From Alloprevotella sp. (GTDB lineage Bacteria; Bacteroidota; Bacteroidia; Bacteroidales; Bacteroidaceae): 64,000 bases of DNA. The notes under the pieces are model-generated. The model ran no database searches, was not told where the DNA came from, and saw nothing but the letters and a program-made list of their open reading frames with translations. The position numbers and the translations under genes were made by a program. Where the stretch lies: assembly GCA_045632685.1 (NCBI GenBank), contig JAZQXB010000056.1:8738-72737 (forward strand). The letters run 5' to 3'. This document shows, piece after piece, positions 19,701-30,358 of the stretch; within the stretch, counting starts at the first letter, position 1, and every line of letters starts with the position of its first letter.

Positions 19701-22700
19701 ATGAAGAAGTTTTTACTTTCTTTGGCTGTGTTGTTCGCAGGTGTAGCAACAGCACAGACGTTCTATTCTGCGGGTGATGCGGTAACGGAGTTTGAAGAAA
19801 ATTACCCTTACCTCTTGTCATGTGATGCTAATGGTACTCGCTTCCTCAATGATGACGGCGTAGACTACCTTACAAAATCAAGTGACCTTCCCACAGATGC
19901 TGCGCTCATCGAATTTGAGGCTGCAGGAACTCTTGAAGAAGACGGAGAAACCGTTTCTCTTTACTACATTAAGTTCTCTGAATCTGGTTTGTATATCGCT
20001 GACCAGGCGATTCACGACGGATTGGATACTTCGGACATGTTGGATTATAAGAAACCTTATATCCAAACAACTGACGATGTTGCTTTCGCTGCTAAGTGGT
20101 CTGTAAAGCCTGCTGAAACTCGTAACAAGGAAAAGTATGGCGTAGATGGTTACATGACTAACTGGCGTGTATGGACAGGTCAGGGTGATGGTTCAGGTGA
20201 AGCTGCTGTACCTTTTGAAAATTCAATGGTAATCATGCGTGATAAGGTGACTACAACTATTGTTGGTCAGGTTGAAGGTGATCACGATCCTGTTTATCTC
20301 GAAGTACAGGGTGATTACACTTTCTGGGCTACATGGGGTTCTAACTCTTGGTTCATTTCTGAACCTGTTCCCATGGAAGACAGCGACTTGTTGTATCACT
20401 GGGCAGACAACAACCTTCCCGAAAACCCCGAAGAATTCTTCGAAACTTCTGTAGGTGACCGTATCGGTATGTACGATCCCACTTCTGTTGAACCTCTTAA
20501 GGCTGCTATCGAAGCATTCAATGCTTATGACCAAGATGGTGAAGGTGATCCTACTGAAATTCTTAACGCTTTGATTGCTGGTATGGAAGCATTGAAGGTT
20601 AATGAAATGAAGGAAGGTTACTACTACCTCGTTGTAAAGCGTGCTAATGCTGGTGTCATCGATGATGGTGGCGTAATGCGTGGTGAAGAAGGTTTTGAAA
20701 TTCCTCGTAAGGAAGATGGTTCTATCGACTTGACTTTGGAAGCTTCAAGATATCTTTGGTACTTCTCTGTAGTTCCTGGTAAGGATAACTACTTGGTGAA
20801 GAACTTCGGTACTGGTAAGTATGTGAAGACTTCTGGTCACAACGATGCTGCTGGTATTCCTACTGGTGATTTGGCTGACGCTGTACCTTATAATGTAGAA
20901 TATTCTGACGCATTCCCCGGTACTGTAGTCTTCAAGCACTACAATGCAAACGGTGAACGTGACTGTTCTTGGAACTACTTCCAGGGTAACGGTAAGAAGA
21001 TCGGTAACTGGTATCCCGAAGATGATGGTAACTCATTCTTCCTCTATGGTGTAGACGAATCATTGGTTGACGCTATCAAGGACGAAGTTGCTCAGTACGA
21101 ACTTAACACACAACTCCAGGGAGTATATGACAGTGCTTATGAGAACTACATGAAGGGTAGATCTTACAAGGCTCCCGAAGGTATTACTGGTGATGGTGAC
21201 TTCGTAGACCACGGTTTCGTTAAGCTTACTGAAGCTGTTGATACTGCAGGTAACCCTGTTCAGACTATCAATGTTACTTGTAACGCTCCTGAATCAACTG
21301 AAGGTAATATCCTCCACTTGGCAGATAATGATTACAACACTTACTTCCACTCAACTTGGAGTGCATATGGTAACTCACCCAAGCCTCACAACTTGATTGT
21401 TGACCTCGGCGCTGCAACTGAACTTCCTGCTATTGCAATTAAGATGCTTAAGCGTAACACTGGTGAATTCAATGCGAACCGTGCGGTAACTAAGTGGAAC
21501 GTATATGGTACAAATGACGATCCCTACAACGAAGAAGTAGCTGCAAACTGGACTGCAGAAGGTACTGTTCTCGTAGACTACTCTTACGACTATCTCAAGG
21601 TGTCTGGTACTGACTCTACTAAGGTTGCAAATGGTGTAGGTATGGGTGCTACAGGTCTTAGCGGTGCTGCATATCGTTACATCCGTTTGGATGCTGTAAA
21701 CAACTTGAATAACGAACAGAATCAGTTCTTCGCATTCTCTGAATTGGGTATCTGGACTGCTACTTACGACGAAGCAACTTCTTTGAACACAGTTGTTCCC
21801 GATGCTATCCTCTCAGCTCTTGAAACTCAGATGGCTGCAGCTGAAGCTCAGCTCGCTGAAGGTAAGGCTACAGAAGCTCAGATTACTGCGCTCCAGAAGG
21901 CACTTGACGAATTCATCAAGAACTTCCCCGAACCTCAGCGTCTCACAGATGCAGTTGCTGCTGCTGAAACTCTTGGTGCTAACCTCCCCGCTGACTCTGA
22001 AGGCGAAGTTGGTTTCTATCCCGAAGATGAAGTTGTTAAGTTCCAGGAAATCGTAGAAGAAGTTAAGGGTACTATCGCTCCCGTAATGACACTTGATGTT
22101 ATCAATGAAGGTATTGCTAAGATCGACGCTGCGAAGGAAGCAGTATTGAAGACTCTCGTAATGCCCGAATCAGGTTACTACCAGATCCGTGTTGATGCTG
22201 CAAACTACAAGGATGCTATCCTCCACACAGGTCGTAACGCTGCTGATACTAAGGATCAGAAGGCTCTCCGCGCAGACTTTGCTAAGTTGATGATGCAGGT
22301 AACTGATGGCGATACTACATACGTAGACAATCCTCAGTTCACTAACTCTATCTCTTCAGTTTGGTATGTGAAGGTAGGTGAAAACAACAAGTTGTCTCTC
22401 CGTTCACTCGGTAACGGTCTCTATGCTCAGGGTTGCTTGCGCGTAGGTGGTAAGATTCAGTTGACTCAGGACGAAGCTGAAATCACACTCCAGGCTGACG
22501 GTTTGAGAAATGGTGGTATTTTCAACTTTGTTGTAGGTACTGACTCTGTAGATGGTAAGGCTCTTTACTTCAATATCAACTCTCAGGCTAATAGCACTGT
22601 TGGTGATCTCGTAGCATGGAATAGCGCAGGTGGTAGTGATAACTCTACATTCCGTCTCGAACCCGTTTCTCTTGAAGACTTCATGTACGGTGAAAACTAC

Positions 22701-23354
22701 TTCTACGTAACTGCAGGTGCTGACCAGTTCATCACATTCCCCTACGATGCTATGTACTATCAGCAGCCCGATGATGTGAAGCTCTACGAAGTTGCTGGTT
22801 ACTACGAAGGTGAAGAAAATAAGGCTATTTACTTCAATCCTATCGAAACTGGTACTCAGCTCGTTGCAGGTACTCCCTACCTCTTAAGAGCTGGTGCTGA
22901 TGCTAAGTATGTTAAGTACGAATTCGAACAGACAACTGTTGCTGAATCTGACTTCAACTACAGCTACGAAAGCAAGAATGTTAACGGTTTGGTAAGCACA
23001 ATCTTCTCTACAGAAGTAGCTCCTAAGTTCGGTGTTATCGATGGTCTTACTCGTATGATTGTTTCTACAAAGAATACGGTAACTAATGGCGAAGAAAAGC
23101 AAGCTACTATTGCTCCTCTCTCTGCTTACATCGATGGTAACAGCTTGCCCATCCTTGACGCAGCTCCTGCTAATCCCGACGCTGTAATGATTACTACTAA
23201 GCTCGATATCGATGGTCTCAACGCTATCGAAGGTGTTGAAGTTGTAGAAACTGCTAAGACTGGTGTTTACACTATCTCTGGTGTACGTCTCAACTCTACT
23301 AAGAACCTCCCCGCTGGTATCTATGTAATCAACGGTAAGAAGGTTGTTAAGTAA
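19701..23354 (+). CDS. Large secreted T9SS-substrate protein with discoidin/F5/8-like and helical (FIVAR-like) segments
   Basis: Signal peptide; DNDYNTYFHSTW...YRYIRL...FSEL discoidin-like pattern; C-terminal VYTISG...GIYVINGKKVVK; promoter TAACTTTG at 19641. Confidence 0.8.
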   Translation: MKKFLLSLAVLFAGVATAQTFYSAGDAVTEFEENYPYLLSCDANGTRFLNDDGVDYLTKSSDLPTDAALIEFEAAGTLEEDGETVSLYYIKFSESGLYIADQAIHDGLDTSDMLDYKKPYIQTTDDVAFAAKWSVKPAETRNKEKYGVDGYMTNWRVWTGQGDGSGEAAVPFENSMVIMRDKVTTTIVGQVEGDHDPVYLEVQGDYTFWATWGSNSWFISEPVPMEDSDLLYHWADNNLPENPEEFFETSVGDRIGMYDPTSVEPLKAAIEAFNAYDQDGEGDPTEILNALIAGMEALKVNEMKEGYYYLVVKRANAGVIDDGGVMRGEEGFEIPRKEDGSIDLTLEASRYLWYFSVVPGKDNYLVKNFGTGKYVKTSGHNDAAGIPTGDLADAVPYNVEYSDAFPGTVVFKHYNANGERDCSWNYFQGNGKKIGNWYPEDDGNSFFLYGVDESLVDAIKDEVAQYELNTQLQGVYDSAYENYMKGRSYKAPEGITGDGDFVDHGFVKLTEAVDTAGNPVQTINVTCNAPESTEGNILHLADNDYNTYFHSTWSAYGNSPKPHNLIVDLGAATELPAIAIKMLKRNTGEFNANRAVTKWNVYGTNDDPYNEEVAANWTAEGTVLVDYSYDYLKVSGTDSTKVANGVGMGATGLSGAAYRYIRLDAVNNLNNEQNQFFAFSELGIWTATYDEATSLNTVVPDAILSALETQMAAAEAQLAEGKATEAQITALQKALDEFIKNFPEPQRLTDAVAAAETLGANLPADSEGEVGFYPEDEVVKFQEIVEEVKGTIAPVMTLDVINEGIAKIDAAKEAVLKTLVMPESGYYQIRVDAANYKDAILHTGRNAADTKDQKALRADFAKLMMQVTDGDTTYVDNPQFTNSISSVWYVKVGENNKLSLRSLGNGLYAQGCLRVGGKIQLTQDEAEITLQADGLRNGGIFNFVVGTDSVDGKALYFNINSQANSTVGDLVAWNSAGGSDNSTFRLEPVSLEDFMYGENYFYVTAGADQFITFPYDAMYYQQPDDVKLYEVAGYYEGEENKAIYFNPIETGTQLVAGTPYLLRAGADAKYVKYEFEQTTVAESDFNYSYESKNVNGLVSTIFSTEVAPKFGVIDGLTRMIVSTKNTVTNGEEKQATIAPLSAYIDGNSLPILDAAPANPDAVMITTKLDIDGLNAIEGVEVVETAKTGVYTISGVRLNSTKNLPAGIYVINGKKVVK

Positions 23355-23376
23355 TTAACACACTCCTTATAAACAT

Positions 23377-23406
23377 AAGGGCAGTCCGCAAGGGCTGCCC
23401 TTTTTG
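23377..23406 (+). terminator. Intrinsic terminator
   Basis: AAGGGCAGTCC-GCAA-GGGCTGCCCTTTTT. Confidence 0.9.
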
Positions 23407-23493
23407 TGTGTTGTGTGTTGAGGGTTTAGAGTTGAGGGTTTAGAGTTGAGGGATGAGAGTTGAGAGGTGAGGGATGTGAGATGAGGGAAGTAA

Positions 23494-23756
23494 TCCGGAT
23501 GGCGCTCTCCCCCTGTTTATAGGGGGAGGGGACCGCTCCGCGGTGAGGGGGTGCAAAACAGTGTGGAGAAATTAACCAAGTGAATTTAACTCATAAGTAG
23601 AATTATATTCAATAATAATCTCGTACCTTTGCCTTTGCTCCCCGCGACTACGTGTCGCATGGCATACTACTCACTCCTCACTTCCCACTTTTTTGCACCC
23701 CCTCACCAGCAAAGCTGGTCCCCTCTCCCTATAAACAGGGGGAGAGCGCCTTCCGG
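23494..23756. repeat. Family A element, copy 3 (upstream of DUF559; spacer contains a promoter motif)
   Basis: Arms 23494-23554 and 23695-23756. Confidence 0.95.
23624..23631 (+). promoter_or_regulatory. Putative -7 element (TACCTTTG) for the DUF559 gene
   Basis: TAnnTTTG in the AT-rich spacer unique to copy 3. Confidence 0.55.
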
Positions 23757-23821
23757 TCATTTCCCGTCCTCCCGACAATTCCCCCCCCCCGACAATATTC
23801 CCCTAACTTAAACTTTCCCTC

Positions 23822-24232
23822 ATGCCCAAACCACCATTCAAATCAAACCCCACCTCTCAAAAGAACTTCCGTCAGCACTTGCGGAAGCAGGGTACGGTTG
23901 CCGAGGCGGTTTTGTGGCGTATGCTAAAAGACAGTCAGATTGAAGGGGTGAAATTCCGTCGGCAATTTGGAGCAGGTAATTATATATTGGATTTCTACTC
24001 TTCGGAATTAAAACTCGCCATCGAATTGGATGGTGCTCCTCATTATTCTATTGAGGGTTATGAATGTGACGTCACCCGTTCGCAAGTCTTATTCCATGAA
24101 TTCGGCATTCGCCTCCTCCGCTTTGAGAACCGCGAAGTTTTGCAAGAACTTCAGCGCGTAGTTGCTGAAATTACTGATGTGGTGAAGAAACTAAAACAAG
24201 GTGGCGAATTTGTTTATAGGAGTTGGCGGTGA
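23822..24232 (+). CDS. DUF559 domain endonuclease (Vsr-like)
   Basis: LR..T.AE..LW, FRRQ, YILDFY, LAIELDG..H, D..R and LRFEN motifs all intact. Confidence 0.92.
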   Translation: MPKPPFKSNPTSQKNFRQHLRKQGTVAEAVLWRMLKDSQIEGVKFRRQFGAGNYILDFYSSELKLAIELDGAPHYSIEGYECDVTRSQVLFHEFGIRLLRFENREVLQELQRVVAEITDVVKKLKQGGEFVYRSWR

Positions 24233-24249
24233 AGGGGATAGGTGATATA

Positions 24250-24366
24250 TCCTGACGGCAAAACGTTCCTGACGGCAAAAAGTTCCGGATGGCGTAAATA
24301 ATCCGGATGGCGTAAATTCTGGATGGTGCAAATTCTGGATGCACAAAGTTCCGGATGGCGCAAAGT
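24250..24366. repeat. Seven tandem 16-18 bp copies of the family A terminus (TCCGGATGGCG-AAA-T)
   Basis: Units start at 24250, 24267, 24284, 24302, 24318, 24334 and 24350. Confidence 0.88.
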
Positions 24367-24546
24367 TCCGGATGGCGCTCTCCCCCTGTTTATAGGGGGA
24401 GGGGACCAGCTCTGCTGGTGAGGGGGTGCGACAACACTCCGCATGGTGTTCCTAACTACTCACTCCAAACTCCTCACTTTTCTTGCACCCCCTCACCGCC
24501 AAGGCGGTCCCCTCCCCCTATAAACAGGGGGAGAGCGCCGTCCGGA
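24367..24546. repeat. Family A element, copy 4 (downstream of DUF559)
   Basis: Arms 24367-24429 and 24485-24546; right terminus duplicated to about 24572. Confidence 0.95.
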
Positions 24547-24726
24547 CTTTTCCCGCCGTCCGGACTTTTTCCCGCCCTCCATTCATTTCCCACCATAAGA
24601 CTATTCCCACCCTCCACATCCTCCACCTTCTCCATGCATCCCATCAAAAAACTGCCCCTCCATCTTGCTCATATCAAAATAACTTCGTAATTTTGCACCG
24701 TCTTTCGAGAGAAAGCGCTTGAAGTT

Positions 24727-24798
24727 TGTCCCATGGTGTAATTGGCAACACGTCAGGTTTTGGTTCTGTAATTTAAGGTTCGAGTCCTTATGGGACAA
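24727..24798 (+). tRNA. tRNA-Gln(TTG)
   Basis: TGTCCCA/TGGGACA acceptor, TTTTGGT loop; promoter TAATTTTG at 24688. Confidence 0.92.
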
Positions 24799-24806
24799 CA
24801 GAACAG

Positions 24807-24838
24807 AAGAGCAATCCGCAAGGGTTGCTCTTTTTTTT
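24807..24838 (+). terminator. Terminator after tRNA-Gln
   Basis: AAGAGCAATCC-GCAA-GGGTTGCTCTTTTTT. Confidence 0.88.
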
Positions 24839-24844
24839 GTTTTT

Positions 24845-25049
24845 GACATAAGAACATAAGGTTATAGGTTTTTGACATAAGAACATAAGAGCATAAGTTT
24901 TGACGAAAGAATATGAGGGTATATTATCACCTAAAATTATGTTCTTTTGTTCTTATGTCTTAAACACATAAGAGCATAAGATTTTGGCGCAAGAACATGG
25001 GGGTATATTTACGTCTAAAATCATGTTCTTTAGTCCTTATGTCTTAAAC
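24845..25049. repeat. GAACATAA/TTATGTTC octamer inverted element with ~83 bp direct duplication
   Basis: Copies at about 24883-24965 and 24966-25049. Confidence 0.78.
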
Positions 25050-25204
25050 CCTTTTTGCGATTTTGCAGGAGTCCTTCTTGTATAAAAAACTTGTTGCCAA
25101 AATCCTTAAAATCTCCTTGTTTTTAATGGTTCTTTTCCCCTCCCGTGTGCCCGCTAATTGAAACTTTTTTTGTAAATTTGCAAAGAATATAAGACTGACT
25201 ATAA

Positions 25205-27175
<1,971 letters not shown>

Positions 27176-27182
27176 ATTTATA

Positions 27183-27362
27183 AGGTGGGAGGTTTTAAGG
27201 TTATAAGGTTTAAGTGGCCTTGTAGGCTTAAAACCTCCTTATTTATAGAGTACAGATAACAGAGTACAACGTACAACTTTAGATAATAGTGTACCACGTG
27301 TAACTGCTTTCTTGCTACCTGTGCTCTGTACTCTGTACTCTGTTCTCTGTTCTCTGTACTCT
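27183..27362. repeat. Two inverted heptamer systems (AAGGTTT/AAACCT; AGAGTAC/GTACTCT)
   Basis: GGAGGTTTTAAG...CTTAAAACCTCC, then AGAGTACAG... and (CTCTGTA/T)n. Confidence 0.8.
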
Positions 27363-27369
27363 AAAAATC

Positions 27370-28602
27370 ATGGTTCTCAACTACATCTGGATAGCTTTCT
27401 TTCTCATAGCCTTCGCCATTGCCGTGGTGAAGTTAGTATTCATGGGTGACACCGAGGTGTTTCCTGCAATCATCAATTCTACGTTTGAAACCTCAAAGAC
27501 GGCATTTGAAATCTCTTTGGGGCTGACGGGTGTGCTTTCCCTGTGGCTCGGTGTGATGAAGATTGGCGAGAAGGGCGGTGTGGTAGATGTGCTGGCAAGA
27601 TGGTTGAGTCCCGTGTTCTGTAAGTTGTTTCCTGAAGTGCCCAAGGGGCATCCCGTAGTGGGAAACATCTTTATGAACATTTCGGCGAACATGTTAGGAC
27701 TCGATAATGCAGCAACGCCCTTGGGACTAAAAGCCATGGAGCGCCTGCAGGATCTGAATGAGAAGAAGGATACTGCTACGAACAGCATGATTATGTTCCT
27801 CGTCATCAATACCTCGGGATTGACGATTATTCCCGTAAGCATCATGGTGTATCGTGCGCAGATGGGGGCAGCGAATCCTACGGATATTTTCGTGCCCATC
27901 TTGTTGGCAACATTTGTTTCCACGATTGCAGGGATTATCATAACCAGTCTGTATCAACGCATTAACTTACTGAACCGCACCTTGTTTCTCACTCTTGGCG
28001 GGATGTCTGTGGGCGTGGCAACCTTGATGTGGAGTTTCAGTCAGATGGACTCAACGATGATGAATCTGGTAGGAACCACTACCGCTAATGTTCTATTGTT
28101 GGGGATTATCGTAGCGTTTATTTTGGCAGCCATGCGCCGTAAGGTGAACGTCTACGACGCCTTTGTGGAAGGGGCGAAAGAAGGTTTCTCTACGGCAGTA
28201 CGTATCATTCCCTTCTTGGTGGCTATCTTGGTTGCTATCGGTGTGTTCCGTGCTTCGGGTGCTATGGATTGGCTGATAGGTGGGGTAGAATGGCTCGTAA
28301 ATGCCTGTGGCTTTAATGCCGATTGGGTAGGTGCTTTGCCTACGGCTATTATGAAACCCTTGAGCGGTAGTGGTGCGCGCGGTATGATGGTTGATGCCAT
28401 GACTACTTATGGTGCAGACTCCTTTGTCGGTCGCCTCTCTTGCATATTCCAGGGTAGTACAGATACCACCTTCTATATCCTCGCCGTCTATTTCGGTAGT
28501 GTCGGCATTCGCTATACGCGTCATGCCGTAACCTGTGGGTTGCTTGCCGACCTCTGTGGCGTCATTGCTGCGATAGGGGTGTGCTATTTGTTCTTTGGGT
28601 AG
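27370..28602 (+). CDS. SpmA/SpmB-like nucleoside recognition (Gate) domain membrane protein
   Basis: ANMLGLDNAATP.G, F.EGAKEG, KPLSGSG and GSTDTTFY motifs. Confidence 0.9.
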   Translation: MVLNYIWIAFFLIAFAIAVVKLVFMGDTEVFPAIINSTFETSKTAFEISLGLTGVLSLWLGVMKIGEKGGVVDVLARWLSPVFCKLFPEVPKGHPVVGNIFMNISANMLGLDNAATPLGLKAMERLQDLNEKKDTATNSMIMFLVINTSGLTIIPVSIMVYRAQMGAANPTDIFVPILLATFVSTIAGIIITSLYQRINLLNRTLFLTLGGMSVGVATLMWSFSQMDSTMMNLVGTTTANVLLLGIIVAFILAAMRRKVNVYDAFVEGAKEGFSTAVRIIPFLVAILVAIGVFRASGAMDWLIGGVEWLVNACGFNADWVGALPTAIMKPLSGSGARGMMVDAMTTYGADSFVGRLSCIFQGSTDTTFYILAVYFGSVGIRYTRHAVTCGLLADLCGVIAAIGVCYLFFG

Positions 28603-28800
28603 TGTAGATGTTCTAGATGTTCTAGATATTCTATATATTCTAGATGCTCTAGATACACCCCGGATGGTTTCTCCTTTCTCCTTTCTCCTTTCTCCTTTCT
28701 CCTTTAATCCCGCTTCGCGGTCTTTTCCTCCTTCGCACCTCGGCAATTCAAGCAAGCTTGATTGCACTCGGTTTGGCGTCGGTTCTCCTTTCTCCTTTCC
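28602..28800. repeat. (TTCTAGATR)n nonamers, (TTTCTCC)n and a divergent family B copy (28703-28788)
   Basis: TTTAATCCCGCTTCGCGGTCTT...CTCGGCAATTCAAGCAAGCTTGATTGCACTCG. Confidence 0.8.
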
Positions 28801-28812
28801 CTCTTTCCCCTC

Positions 28813-30228
28813 ATGCTTCGTTCCCTCTTCAAAGACACCGCCATTTATGGTCTCTCCAGTATTATCGGGCGCTTCTTAAATTACCTGCTCGTGCCACTCT
28901 ATACGCATCAGATTACTGCTGCGTCGGGGGGGTATGGCGTAATTACAGAGGTGTATAGTTATGTGGCAGTGCTGTTTGTGCTGCTTACCTTCGGAATGGA
29001 AACGACCTTCTTCCGCTTTGCCAATAAGGAGGGGGCGGATGTACCGAAGGTGTACAGTACGGTGCTGCTTTTGGTAGGGGGCGTAGGACTTTCATTTGTG
29101 GCGCTCGTTACTATTTTCCTCGATTCCATCGCAGGTTTTATGGGGTATGCCACCCATCCCGAGTACATTTGGATGATGGCAACCTGTGTGGCGATAGATG
29201 CCTTTCAGAGCATTCCCTTCGGCTATTTGCGCTTGCAGAAGAAGGCGATGAAGTTTGCCGCACTCAAGTTGCTCTTTATTACTTTGAATATTGCTGCCAA
29301 TTTGGCGTACTTCGTGGTGTTGCCCCACTGGTTTGATTACACCTTCGAGGTGGGTTATGTCTTTGGCATCAACTTGGGATGCACGGCGCTCATCACGCTC
29401 TTCTTCTATAAAGAACTTACGGGGTTCCGTTACACCTTCGACCGCAAGCTGCTCCGTCCCATGCTGAACTACGGTATGCCCATCTTGGTGTTGGGCATTG
29501 CGGGCATCTTAAACCAAACGGCGGACAAGATGATCTTCCCCCATCTTGTAGAAGGACCTGCCGGACGCGAACAACTCGGTATTTACGGCGCTTGCGTGAA
29601 GATAGCCATGATTATGGCGATGATTACCCAGGCGTTCCGCTACGCCTACGAACCCATCGTCTTTGCAAAGGGTGGGGCGCAGGACATGGGAAAGGCGATG
29701 AAGTTCTTTCTCATCTTTACCCTGCTCGCCTTCTTGATGGTGGTGGGTTACACCGACATCCTGAAATTCATCATTGCCCCCGACTACTGGGACGGTCTCC
29801 GTGTGGTGCCCATCGTTATGGTGGCTGAAATCATGATGGGTGTAGCCTTCAACTTGAGTTTCTGGTACAAACTCATCGATAAAACCATGTGGGGCTTGTG
29901 GATTTCCCTGGCAGGGTGTGTGGTGCTTGTAACCATAAACATCCTCTTCATTCCCACCTACGGTTATATGGCGTGCGCCTGGGCAGGTGTGGCAGGTTAT
30001 GGAACCTCCATGCTCCTCAGCTATTTCTTGGGGCAGAAATACAATCCTACGAACTATCCCCTCAAGGAAATAGGTGTATATGTAGGAATGACTGCCCTTT
30101 TCTTCATCGGCATGCACTATTCTGCCCAATTCATCGAGGAATTGTGGCTCCGCCTGCTCGTAAACACAGGACTTATTGGAGCTTATGGCGCGCATGTTGT
30201 TTATCATGAATTTTTAAGAAGAAATTAG
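28813..30228 (+). CDS. Polysaccharide flippase (Wzx/MATE-like)
   Basis: TAIYGLSSIIGRFLNYLLVP start, multi-TM; start moved to MLRSLF. Confidence 0.88.
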   Translation: MLRSLFKDTAIYGLSSIIGRFLNYLLVPLYTHQITAASGGYGVITEVYSYVAVLFVLLTFGMETTFFRFANKEGADVPKVYSTVLLLVGGVGLSFVALVTIFLDSIAGFMGYATHPEYIWMMATCVAIDAFQSIPFGYLRLQKKAMKFAALKLLFITLNIAANLAYFVVLPHWFDYTFEVGYVFGINLGCTALITLFFYKELTGFRYTFDRKLLRPMLNYGMPILVLGIAGILNQTADKMIFPHLVEGPAGREQLGIYGACVKIAMIMAMITQAFRYAYEPIVFAKGGAQDMGKAMKFFLIFTLLAFLMVVGYTDILKFIIAPDYWDGLRVVPIVMVAEIMMGVAFNLSFWYKLIDKTMWGLWISLAGCVVLVTINILFIPTYGYMACAWAGVAGYGTSMLLSYFLGQKYNPTNYPLKEIGVYVGMTALFFIGMHYSAQFIEELWLRLLVNTGLIGAYGAHVVYHEFLRRN

Positions 30229-30358
30229 GCGCTTCTAGGAAATCCTAGGAGACTTAAGCATTCCTAGGCTATCCTAGGAGCACCTAGGCATTCCTAGAAA
30301 ACCACCCCGCACGGTCCTTAAAACCTCAAAACCTTATAACCTCCCAACCTCATAAATA

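Noticed and set aside
24250..24366. Possible CRISPR array
   Set aside because: Units are 16-18 bp and contiguous with no unique spacers, and there are no cas genes.
24727..24798. tRNA-Gln or the tRNA cluster as an integration site for the DUF559 module
   Set aside because: No duplicated tRNA 3' end and no integrase seen; the module lies upstream of the tRNA promoter.
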